A stretch of 64,000 bases of DNA from Octopus sinensis (lineage: Eukaryota): assembly GCF_006345805.1 (NCBI RefSeq), contig NC_043005.1, forward strand, positions 69,130,001-69,194,000, read 5' to 3'. The position numbers were made by a program, and so were the translations under genes. Every line of letters starts with the position of its first letter. Position 1 is the first letter of the stretch. Below are positions 13,038 through 25,485 of the stretch, one piece after another. Under the pieces are notes generated by a model. That model saw only the letters and a program-made list of their open reading frames with translations. It was not told where the DNA came from and made no database searches.

Positions 13038-13590
13038 AATGCCCTGATGCAGTACCAGACAGTGGCTCCGTGGCTTCTGATCTTAACTGATTGGAAGTGT
13101 CATATACGCTGTTTTATCTTGGTATACAAGATGGGCTCCAGCAAATATTCTGCTCAATACCACAGATTTGCTTGTCTGGTGTTTGATCTTACCTCGTCGA
13201 GCATGTCCCTTAGTGGCTGACAATATGTGCATCTCTGATCACGAGCAGAAATGGTGGAGAAGTATCATAGCCATGTGTTGAGAGGGATTCTTTGGGGTTT
13301 AAATAAGTTACCTCTCGAAACATGGATGTTTCGTTCAACATCCTTAAACAACCCTTATTCAGGAACCTTTTGAGCGGGACAGGTTACGCGACCAGAAGAA
13401 AATTTTAACTGAACCGCACCTACAAAGTCATCTGCTGTTTATCTTGATATGAGGTCACCATGTTGCGCAGATATGGCTGTGATGCATGTGCCTAGTGTGC
13501 CCTTATCAGACGGGTACTCTTGATGGGTATACTGGGTTACGTATATTTTACCCCAACATCAATTAGATGGCATGCACTGCTCTCTCACTC
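13038..13590 (+). mobile_element. About 550-bp non-coding interspersed repeat embedded in (AAT)n (3' UTR of another R4/Dong family, or a non-autonomous derivative)
   Basis: Complex-sequence island with AAT tracts on both sides, ending ctctctcactc(AAT)n. The same terminus recurs on the minus strand at 30008-30020. Confidence 0.6.
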
Positions 13591-13600
13591 AATAATAATA

Positions 13601-13662
<62 letters not shown>

Positions 13663-13666
13663 AATG

Positions 13667-13705
<39 letters not shown>

Positions 13706-14001
13706 TTAATAATAATAATGCGTTATTTGCTACAAGTGGGAAAAGAATAATAGTACGTTACGAAGATAAATGTCTGTAAAACCTGGATATACTTAGACAA
13801 AGATACAAACAATAACAACTACAATTAGTAAAATAATTCGCCAATGGAAGTCGTATCACACAGGGACAACCATAGAATACCATCGATCCTGGCACCGCTC
13901 CACCAATTGGCAAAGGTGCCACAACGATTCGACACATGCTATATTATGACTAGGCCCATTTATTCTGATTACCTCCCCCTATCTTTGCTCGCATTTCAAT
14001 A

Positions 14002-14223
14002 TCTATTATATAAAATCCGTTCTGTCTGTCTCTGTGTGTGTTTGTGTCTTCTAGGATCTCGGACATCCTCTATCCGATTGCACTTGAATTTGACATGTAT
14101 ATACCGACGGTATCAGGGCGTGTATAAGTTTTGAAAAAATAATTGATTCCAGTCGAGAATGCGACCGATAAAGCCGTGGGAACGTGCATTTGTACGCGCA
14201 AGTGCATCAGCTGTTGCCACTAG
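14002..14223 (+). mobile_element. Candidate non-autonomous Helitron
   Basis: 5' a|TCtattatataaaa, short ctgt repeats and ccgatt..aattt. Hairpin tgcatttg-tacgcg-caagtgca (14185-14206) lies 13 nt before CTAG. The next base is A rather than the expected T. Confidence 0.42.
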
Positions 14224-16127
14224 ATTTTCCATGCCCTTGAACATCCCGTAAAGTATGCTTAAAATTAGTTACTTAGTTCCATAGGTTGTTGCTTTTCATA
14301 AAAAATCGCCCCAAGTTGATTTCCTACATGTTTTATCGGATAAGCTTATTGTCCCAAGTACGTTCTTATAAAGTCATCATGCTTTTCCATCTAGATTTAC
14401 CTCCAGTGAAACCATTTGCATGCATCGTTTTTGTCCTGCTTTTCTTCCGTCAACGTGTACATATCTGCACCTTCCATTTTTTGTTGTTTTTGTACTGCTT
14501 AAAGGCATGTTTCTGCCAAGCTTACTGTTTAAACCATGTTTGTGTTCCCCCAGTCAACAACTTTATCATTACTGGTACTTTAAACTCTTTGGTTGAAAAT
14601 TTGTGTGAATAAAATCGTTTTTCTTTGGAATAGAAAAAAGCCTATCTTTATTGCTTCTTTTGCTGGTGTCTCAAATTTAGGTTAAATCTGTGTTTCTCAA
14701 AGGTGAGGCCTGTGGGACGGTCGGACAAGTTCTTTTGAGAAAATTTGGTTATATATATATACTTGGAGGGGTAACGGCCAATTCTTCACCTTGAGTCACT
14801 AGGCCAGACGGATATAATAACATTAATTCCTTGCCAGAAGTTCGATCGTAACTTATTCGATCAATCTAGGAAGAAGGGAATACAAATTTAGCTGGCGTCC
14901 TAATTATTTTGTTTTTCCTCCGCCAGCCATACACATATATAATACATACGATAGATAAATATTGTTACTTTCCATGTCTTTAGGTTTCAACCTCTGTCGT
15001 TTCACAGAAATAAGAAAGTTACAAACATAAACAGATTTAGCTTTGCACAGATTAATAAGAAAGCGAACACAGTAATCTTGTTATCTGTTTCAAACATACA
15101 CACACGCATGCATGCACACTCACACACACTTATATACATGTACGCAAATACACACGCATACTCACAAACACATACACACAGAAATGTATTATGTATATTA
15201 TTTCACCAATTTGTTCATTATTTTTCTTAAAGGTTTCTTGCTATAATGAATAAAATATTGTGCAAAATATTAGTACGAAATATAAATACTTGTGTTTTTT
15301 TTTTGTTTTTTTTTTCTTATTCCCATTGGCTTTTCAGACGATATTGGATGAACATCCCTGAAATATCAGAAATATATTCTGCGTCTGTTGCATTTGCATT
15401 CAGTCATCAAACAGATCCACGGAATTGAAATAAGAGAGCAGCATCAGACTGATTCACATACTGCACGGATCATTTCCCCGCCCGTTGATTACAAAGTCGA
15501 AATCTATCATGTTTGATGTTTCCATTGAGTTGTTAAAAGCCCCCATATAATTTATTTTAGCCTTTCCGTCATTACCCATCGACAAACAGCAAGCAATTTG
15601 ATGTGCCTTCTGATGAGGACTTGTTTCCAATGACCGACTCTGTATTCATGCAGCAACGATCAAATAAAACAATCTTTGTTGTCCACTTCCACAAGTTCAC
15701 GCTTAAATAAACAACAGCATATCAAGTAGCATCCCCATTTCCCATTTCTATATAGCTGCTGTTATCATAAGTAATCAAAAAAGAAATATCATTGCATGAA
15801 AAAATATAAATAAGACCAACACAATATATTTATATAATTATTCTTGTGACGTATACAATCAGTTTTATACACATGCGAGATAATTGCACAATAAATAGTC
15901 CCAATTTCGTACACGTACATACAAATGTGTAGGTTGATCTGTCCAATCGAATTTGTAGAGAAACCCATATTACTATGAATATACTAAGAATAATTTGCGT
16001 GCAAGAGAAAAGCAGTTTAATTAATATTTGGAGTAACTTAATAATTATCGCATTCCGTTGTGCGCGGATGTGATTGCGTCTGCATGCACCAATACATACA
16101 TGCATATATACATATATGCATATGTAC

Positions 16128-16183
<56 letters not shown>

Positions 16184-16242
16184 TATATATAATATATATA
16201 TATATATATTTATATATATATGTATATAAATGTATACACACA

Positions 16243-16279
<37 letters not shown>

Positions 16280-19200
16280 ATATATATATATATTTATTTG
16301 GAAACTTTGCTTTTATATCTTTATGTGTGTAGTACATTGCTGTGCTGGTGCCTTCTTTCGGGTTTATATTTGTAACAATACTTCTCTCAATATACATGTC
16401 TGTTTATACATTTGCAGTAGACACACCAATCACTAAAGTTTTAATCAAGTCAATGGTAAGACGTCTAATTGCAGAGTTAGGAACTTTTATACATATACAT
16501 ATGATAACTGCGCAGATATTGTTTATCTATTTACACACCTAACTCGCTCGATAGTCATCTCGGTAAGTGAGCACATAATTTAAAGCGCACACTTCACGAA
16601 TCACGTAAAGCCACATGGATACAATTATCTACAGATTCAGTTCCGCTGTCAAAACAATTATACTACTAATTTTTTTATTCCATCGATTATCTTAGTAAAG
16701 ATGTAATGTTTTCTTGCTATTGTTCATTGTGATACTTTTTACATTATTTTTTAATATATATTACACCAACATTATCTGTGCTTAGCAGAATGATTCAGCT
16801 GTTGAAAAACGAATTAGATTCAACTGTCGCATGCAAATGATAAATTATATTATATCATTGCAGTTAATTAGCCATCTATAGAATTCAGGAAATGAAATCA
16901 TTTTCCCATAGGATATTCAACGTAAATTATAACAATAAGAAACAAGCTAATAATACGCTATTCGATAACTCAAAACATATCACTATTTTTCAACCGAGAT
17001 CTAGATTTGTTTAGCTATCAGACACTCATATTTTCACGCTGAATCATATTAAATTCTTTAATCATTTTGATGCTTTTGTAGCGGTGTGACAGCATTGTAC
17101 AATATATATTTTAATAAGAATTACAAAATGTGTTAAAGAATAAATTATTCAGCAGAGAAATATCTAAATAAATCAAAAGATTTCTGCCTAACGCTTTTTA
17201 AGACTCATCTAAAGAAACTCAAAATGACAAAAATAATTTTACGTCATATATTATATATCGAAAATCAAAAGAAACGTAGCCGTCTGAAAATAAAGCATAT
17301 CAATCAATCTCTTACATAAGTAATATATTCATTTTCTTACATCGTCGAATATACAGAAATGAGAAAATTTCGAGCAGAATGGCATTTATTTCTAGACATG
17401 AATCATAATTTTCTAACCGTTTCATAAAATTTCATCAGCTGCTTATCATTTACTTGAAGTTGACTCTCTATCTTTCTCTCTCTCTCTCTCTCACTCACCT
17501 TCTCTCTCTCTCTCACTCTTTCTCTCTCTCACTCAAACGTATTTGACCTCACTATAGCTACATACACGAAAATAAAACATTAGACTGTCTTATATTTCTT
17601 GATAATTTTCTCACATCCTAACAACTTTTTGGCTAATGCTTTATAATTTCAGTGTTTTTTTTTTGCAATATGTAGCTAAAACACACAACCATTTTAACAA
17701 ATTTCACTGAAGTATCGTTTTCTAAGTTTAAGGAAAATCGAAGCAGGCATATTGAAATATTTGAAAGGGATACAAAATCCAGTGGCGTAAAATACATAAC
17801 TTAAAATACTCACAAGAAAATTGAAAATCCCTTTAATTTAAGCGAAATTTTTGAGAGCTCTTTTCAGATAATAAGCTAAATTGTCAATTATTGTATAGTA
17901 TAACACACTTAATCGATACGCACTTAATCTCGGACAACTAAATCTTGTGAGATGAAATTCTTGAGTAAAAAAAATCAAATTGTTATGAGTCCTGCATGTA
18001 ATTTTATCTTTCAGGGGACTGAATCTTTAAGATATTTAGTTACTCACCCCACCCGGTTATATTGCCTTAATATCTCACATAAGTAACTATGCCTTAATAT
18101 CATATATTTCTACTTGACTTTGTACTGTCGCTGTAGCCTGACAAATATCAGTATCGCTTGAAGAGATAAAAAGTTACATATTACAATTTACATTACAAGT
18201 TCCGTCTGTGCATTAAACTTCAGCTTACTGATTACTTTTATAAAGTTATTATCATGGTTATGTAGTCGATATCGATTGTCAGATACATTGTGAAGAACAT
18301 ACCCATAGACTATATGTAAATTAAGTGTCGCTGTGATATTAACGGGTTCAGTATTATTGTACATCAAATGTACACTGTCTGAAATATCGAGTGAAACTTA
18401 TTTATGTTAACCAATATAGACATTGATGTAGGTTCATTTCTTAATGATGAAGGTCATATGATTACAACAAGAGGACACCATAGAGGAAATCGCTAGCTGT
18501 TGTCTTCAGTTATTTCGTGGCGTATATAAATAATTTTTAAAAGCTCATGAATTATCTGGGGAATATCCATTTCTCCTTGCCTTTCGCCTGCTTAGTATGA
18601 ATTTTACTCTGATCTTCTGAACTCTTGAATATGTGCATAAAAGGATTGTTTTATTCAATCCATGGTTAGAAATACTACCTCCCGTGATATGGAGAATAGA
18701 TATTATATTGTACATGATTGTTACATTATATGATACAACTAGCCGCACGTGTTCTTCGACTCTTGTATGTAGAACATCAAATTAGCCTTGCCAATTTCAT
18801 CCGTATCTTAGTAGCTTCAGATTCGCTAACGCTCGGTTTCAAATCGGATCTGGAAATAATTATAACTATGGATTATATTTCGAACATCCTATCATATAGT
18901 TTTACATGCATGTAATTCGTTATACAATTCTGTCAAATTTGTCTATTGAAATATTTTATTTTCTGCCGTAAAAATACATACAATAATTTTAATTCGTCCC
19001 ACTGTTTAAGAATACCACAATGCATTCTTAAACAGTATGACACGTTACTAACCGTAAGATTTATATGTGTTACAATGACCTGAATGTTGCAAATAATTTT
19101 GCAATAGAAATAGAAATAGCATTTGCGTCGCTTTATTTAATCATCTGCACAATAAAAATGCAACAGCAAAGTGAGCACATTTCGTGTGGAATTATAAAAT

Positions 19201-20089
19201 AAGTCTATAATTGGATTTTTAAAAAATATTATTTTGATAGAAGATTCATTTTGATAGAAGATACATATGTAATGTGTAAATGTAAATACGAATATGTGTG
19301 CTCTGTCTCAGATATGAACACAATATAAGAGAGGAGCAAACCTTCATGATCATGATTATTCTATATTTGTAGACATGTTTGTTTTTATGAATAGACAATC
19401 AAATAAAACATGAAAAAGAAATGCGGTGCCTCAAGCGTGTTTTGTTCCTGGGAAATGAGATTCCAAATTAATATTTGATTTCTATTCGATAATTTTATAT
19501 CTGTCCACAGTATATGGGCAAATATTCATAAGGCATTGCATTTGTGAAATAGTAAGTAAATATCACCAAAATACAATAGAATTTATAAACCGATAAGTTA
19601 TAATAAAATTTGGGTTTGAAATGAGCAAATATGAATATCATACATCTAACAAGTATAGAGAAAATTGTAATATGCAAATGCAACTCCTTTGTATACATAT
19701 CATGGACATGTTGCTGATGAGTCTTGAATTTTTTTAGAGAAATTAATACTTTATGGCTCTTCTGTATAACCTATATAAGCAGAAACAATATGCAGTACAG
19801 GTAAGAATAAATCAACATGATCAGAAATAATATGCATGAAAAATGCATGAAAAAGTAAAGAAGAATGCGGTGACAGAAATTTCTTCGCAAGCTCTCTGTG
19901 CAATCTGTTGAATCGCTGTATTTTATATGAGGCTTGGTGAACAGAATCTCAGCGAATATGTACGGGTATCTTGTTAAAATTAATAAGCAAAAAGAACTCA
20001 ACAATATTTATCAGTTGAGAGTTGCCTTTCAAATACATGCCATGGCAGCGAGGCATTCTATTCAAATTGTCCTCTAAAATTTATAACAA

Positions 20090-20486
20090 TAATAGTTGCA
20101 AATTTTAGCACAACACCAACAATTTCGTGGGAGCAGTTAAGTCGATTACACCGACTCCAGTGCTCAACAGGTACTAATTTTATCGTCCAAAAGGATGAGC
20201 ATCACAGTCGAACTTCGTGAGACTTGAACGTAAAATGTAAAGACAGACTGAATAACGGTAAGTGTTTTGCTGACGATTCTGCCAGCTCGCCGTTCGGGGC
20301 AATACGTTCGGGGCATGGATTAGGCGTTTTCATCGACCCTAGTCCTCAACTGCTACTTATTTTATCGACCCTGAATGCTGTTAAAGGTAGCGTTGAACGC
20401 GGTGAAATTTGAACTTAGAATCTGAAGACGTACGAAATACTGCTAAGCATTCTCCTGATTTGCTAACAGTTCTACCAACTCGCCAA
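20090..20486 (-). mobile_element. Two adjacent degenerate copies of SINE family 1
   Basis: Both show tcgaccc..tacttattttatcg..gaac..gacg..ctaag..ttct.cca.ctcgcc (about 20090-20292 and 20315-20486). Confidence 0.8.
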
Positions 20487-21392
20487 CAACAACAACACAA
20501 AAAATAGCAATAGTGATATAAACAATAATAATGACAATTTGAGTATGGGTACATAAATTCACTATGGCATAAGTTTAAGAAAACAAATACAAATTCACCA
20601 GCAAAGGTATATTCTGAAAAACAAACAAAACGAATAAATGCGTACGGGCAGAATATGCTTCAATTCAATGGATGAAATGAAAACATACTATTGAAAATAT
20701 GTTAGATAAAATTAGCCTGAAATAGGATTAGATTATCCTTGTAAAGTTTTAAATCTACCAATACACTCTTTGATTATGTGAAAAGTATCTGTATCATGCA
20801 AGTAGAATATATTTTTCTCACTTTGTATTTGTAATAGTTGTATTTCGATAAATAAAAAGTAGTCTCAAGCAACGACTGTAAATAACTTTCAGATTTTCGT
20901 ATGAGAAATGTAGAAATATTTTCCAAAATAAATTCATGATATACCTATTCAAAATGTTTTTGTTTATATTACCTGTATATGTCAGTTATATTTAGTTAAC
21001 AACAAGTAGGTTATTATTTTTTCAAGATGCAACCTATAGACTGTAATTTAAAAAGAATTTACTTACATTCACAATATCGATTTGAAGACAAGTGTTCGTA
21101 ATATACAATCTGTTTTAAGGAAGTGTTCCATGAAAATATATTACAAGTCAGTCTATGAAGTACATTGTATTTTTATCGGTCTCTATTATATAAACTATAT
21201 TCGATATTTTATATTTTGCCTGATATGTTGATAGTCTTGCAACTTTCTTATAATATATACATTTATTGATCGATCTATCAATGTATTCCTTATTTCACAT
21301 TCTGATACATGTTCCGCTATTGTGTCTGTTATTCATAAGATATTTGTGTCTCTTGTGAGTACAATACTGACTACACGTATGTTAATAATTTT

Positions 21393-22304
21393 CTCAGACT
21401 GCAATCAGCATGCGCTTATTATCTATGAAATATCTTTCTTATTTTAGAGAATAGGTAAATGCAAACCTAATATCATACCTATTAAAATATAATATGGCTG
21501 TAACCTTTAAAGTAAGAAAATTAATCGACACGATTTAATATGCAGTGATGTATACTTAATGGTCACTAATTTGTTTCAAAGTCAACAGCACACAACGAAG
21601 AGTTTGACACGGTACTATTGACCGTCTTACTTGACGGGCATATATTCTTCCCAGCCTCGATAGGGTGAAGGCAAATTTACCCTCATTGAGATTTTGAGCA
21701 CAAACAGTAAAGAGCTGGATTAAGTGACACTAGATATTTTCTTCCCTTGTTTTAACGATTCTGCCAGATTGCAAAAAAAAAACAAAATCATTTGAAGCGT
21801 ATAAGATAATTGATTAATGAGACACTCAAGAAAGTACATTAATCTGTACATCCGAATAAGGAGTCTGACATCTGAAATTTTAAAACTACATAAACACGCA
21901 TGAACACATAGACATATATAAACCAACATACAAACAATCACAAACACACGCACAAACACACGCACACACACACATACACACACACACACTCACAGACGCA
22001 CACACACACACACACATATATGAACGAATGGTCGGATATTTTTCCATTATCAGATTTCAGGCTTCACTACGTTCACCAAAGGGTGTTTCTCTTTCTGAGG
22101 AATAAATATGTAACATTCCGAGTTTCCAGCTGACACGTTTATTATTAAACTTATATCCAGACAGTATTGTTGTAACACATCCTAACGAGCAAACAATAAC
22201 AATCGATTTACTGCTACAAACTCAGACTGCAATCAGCATGTGCTCATAATTAAATACCTTTCTTATTTTAGAGAATAGGTAACTGCAAACCTAATATCAT
22301 ACCT
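21393..22304. repeat. Local direct duplication of about 85 bp (21393-21480 and 22221-22304)
   Basis: ctcagactgcaatcagcatg..ctttcttattttagagaataggtaa.tgcaaacctaatatcatacct is present twice. Confidence 0.9.
21615..21770 (-). mobile_element. Highly degenerate copy of SINE family 1
   Basis: gatagggtgaaggcaaatttacctc..gattttgagcaca..taacgattctgccag is colinear with the intact copy. Confidence 0.55.
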
Positions 22305-22306
22305 CT

Positions 22307-22341
<35 letters not shown>

Positions 22342-22344
<3 letters not shown>

Positions 22345-22487
22345 AGAGTTTACAAAAAAAGCAAAAGACGAAAACAGGTGGTGTGCAAAACAAACAGATG
22401 TATTATTATAACGCTCAGGAATAGAAAAAGTATTTTTACCTTTCGAGCCTACGTTCTTCTACAGAAAGGGACACATAAAAAACAAGG

Positions 22488-22488
<1 letters not shown>
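22342..22488 (-). mobile_element. Short Penelope pLTR-like repeat with a hammerhead motif, between (TA)n tracts
   Basis: Minus strand: ttt-CTGTAGA-a-GAAC-gtag-GCTC-GAAAG-GTA-aaa, then ttcctgagcgtt..aatac. Confidence 0.68.
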
Positions 22489-22577
<89 letters not shown>

Positions 22578-23017
22578 GAATGTATTTATGAATACATAAA
22601 TGTATTTATGAATGGTTCTGCTCGTCTAGAGTTTTAACTTACTTTTGCCTTCTGCGTAGAGGTTTTCTTATTTGTCATGGAGGATCAACAGCTCTATTTG
22701 CAGCAACCTTTTATTGTTCTCTGCTGTGTCCACCGATTTTGTAGCCGAAGAAGGTAAGTGAATTCCCACATTAGTACCAATACGAACGAAATCTGAAATT
22801 AAGTGGTAAATTATTTTTTTCTAAGATTTATGTTGTTGCCTATCCACGATTTTTACACACAAAGGGATATACATAAACACAATTACAGAGATACTTCACA
22901 CTTAAATAAGTAAAGACTCACACACAAATATATTCATATTTTTATATCAGCATTTGTTAGCAAGCTGTCACATGTATTATAATAAAATATATCCAGGATA
23001 ATTTTAACTACAATACC

Positions 23018-23248
23018 TATTTCTTTACTACCCACAAGGGGTTATAGACAGAGAGGACAAACAAGGACAGACACACGGATTAAGTCGATTATATCGACCC
23101 CAGTGCGCAACTGGTACTTAATTTATCGACCCCGAAAGAATGAAAGGCAAAGTCGACCTCGGCGGAATTTGAACTCAGAACGTAGCGGCAGACGAAATAC
23201 TGCTAAACATTTCGTCCGGCGTGCTAACGTTTCTGCCAGTTCGCCACC
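23018..23248 (-). mobile_element. Full-length tRNA-derived SINE family 1 with a 16-bp TSD
   Basis: A-box-like tggcagaaacgt and B-box gagttcaaattcc. TSD ttttaactacaatacc at 23002-23017 and 23249-23264. Confidence 0.92.
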
Positions 23249-25254
23249 TTTTAACTACAATACCATGATATCTTCCTGCTATATTTGGAGCAAACTATGT
23301 TTTTTTTTAAACGATGAGCGATGTTTTTGGGACATCAGCGTGTATTTATTACTGCATCATCCCTAACTGAGATATTTATATGGAAGCAACCCTCATTGTC
23401 GTGAATTTTGATTGATAGTGTGATGAATAATCGAACAGATTGACGAGATGATGGACGCTTACAAGAACGATAACGATAACGTGTGCACTACCACAGACGT
23501 ACCACCAGCACCACCAGCAACAGCACCATCTCCAGCACCACCGTCACCGCCACAAACACCCCCACCACCAATCCATCACGTCCATAGATAATCCATGATC
23601 TTGTATTTAGATGTAATCTACAATGAAGTCCCAGTTAAATATACTGGCACATTTCCAAAACAATCGCTTCTCCTCTATTGCGGTTACATGTACGTGCTTT
23701 ATTCCTGAGTCATGGGTGGCTTTTAACAGTCGTTTACGTCATGAACTTAAAGTTGGTATATATAAAGTTTAGCAGAAGTATCTGAAAACTGGTAACTAAC
23801 GCTTAAACTGAAATTGACGCGCATTAATCTACGTTTGATTTCTGTTTTTACACGTCATCCGCTCTCAGCTCTTTTTTCCACCATTGCCTACAAACAATGT
23901 TAAATATTATAGCATATGAAGATTTGAGCGGAACTTTCGACTCCTCGAATGCTTCCACCATCCGTCTCCTCTATATGTGCTAGTTTATATCTATTTTTTG
24001 GCTCAGAACTTTCACGTGTACTTCCATACTCCAATATTGGATACGTTTATTGGTAATTTACTTAATCCATTCAATTATGTTACTTTGCTCTAATATTTAA
24101 AACACGCACCTCTCCTTATATTGATAGCGTCTATTGTTTTTCATACTTTCTTATGATTATATATGATGTTTACTTCTCTCCTAATGTTAATGTTTGTAGA
24201 CATCCCTCATACATATTGACTCTAGCAATAACCTTCCTAATAAACTTCCTACGTCAATCTCAGACGAGCACATTAAGAAGTGACAGCATTTCCATCAAAC
24301 AGTATTCCCTTCTTTGTTACTACATATTTCAAATTGTTACCTAAACTTACTTTTCTAATTACTTCATTTATAAGACATTTTTGTAGAGCAGACAGGCGTC
24401 GTGAAGTAATCGTATGGTACTTGCCTTTTCGTTTCTTTTGCCATTACTTTGATTAAATTGCTTTCTTCCTATTTCTTTGCACATCATAATTATCTTTCTT
24501 TCCATACGCTACCATAGCCCATCCTTCCATTTCTCTTGCCTTCTTACTGAGGTAGCTACTTCATCCCCAATTCATATCGCACATCTCACAATCTCGCACA
24601 CACTCTATCTCCTACATGTACGATATACTTTAAAAAATGTTGTCACTTTCTTTCTCTATAAATGCGCACATACATACATACATAAATATATACATACATA
24701 CATTCATATATACATACATTCATACATACATACATACATACATACATACATACATACATACATACACATACATACAAGCATACATACATACATACATACA
24801 TATGTGTGTGTGTATCTTTGTGTGTGTATATCTACGAAATTGCTACAAGAGTTAATATTCCACGTTCGTTTTGCAAATTTAATTTTAATTATTTGTCAAC
24901 TCACTTCATAATATTATATTCTATTTATTAAGTCGAAAGCTTCCCTGATCACCTTATTTCTCTCTCAACCCATTCTCTTCCATTCGTTAAAATCCCCCCC
25001 ACCAAGGTTTCTTTTTTTTTATCTTTCATCCATTTTTTGCTGTTTCTCCGGTTTTTAATTTCTTTGTCCACCTCCACACGAGGACAGAAAATCTATATGT
25101 AATGTATTGTATAAGCGGCAACGGATTTCTACAATATAGAACTTGCCTGATCATCCAGTAAACACACGTTCGAAACACCAGACTACGAAAAGATCGACTC
25201 GACCGACATATTAATATACTATTAATCTTTACCATTCTTTCGACAGTTAATACC

Positions 25255-25485
25255 TATTTCTTTATTACCCACAAGGGGCTAAACACAGAGGGGACAAACA
25301 AGGGCAGACATAGGTATTAAGTCGATCACATCGACCCCAGTGCGTAACTGGTACTTAATTTATCGACCCCGAAAGGATGAAAGGCAAAGTCGACCTCGGC
25401 GGAATTTGAACTCACAACGTAACGCAGACGAAATACCGCTAAGCATTTCGCCCGGCGTGCTAACGTTTCTGCCAGCTCGCCGCCT
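25255..25485 (-). mobile_element. Full-length young tRNA-derived SINE family 1 with a 17-bp TSD
   Basis: Intact, CpG-rich head with A and B boxes. TSD tttcgacagttaatacc at 25238-25254 and 25486-25502. Confidence 0.94.

Noticed and set aside
15609-15635. CTGATGAGGAC, a possible hammerhead core (similar at 19713)
   Set aside because: No GAAA after a stem II, and no closing stem I or III.
23440-23591. Proline-rich frame MMDAYKND..PPAPPATAPSPAPPSPPQTPPPP
   Set aside because: Best explained as a decayed (CCA)n repeat, and it has no convincing splice acceptor.
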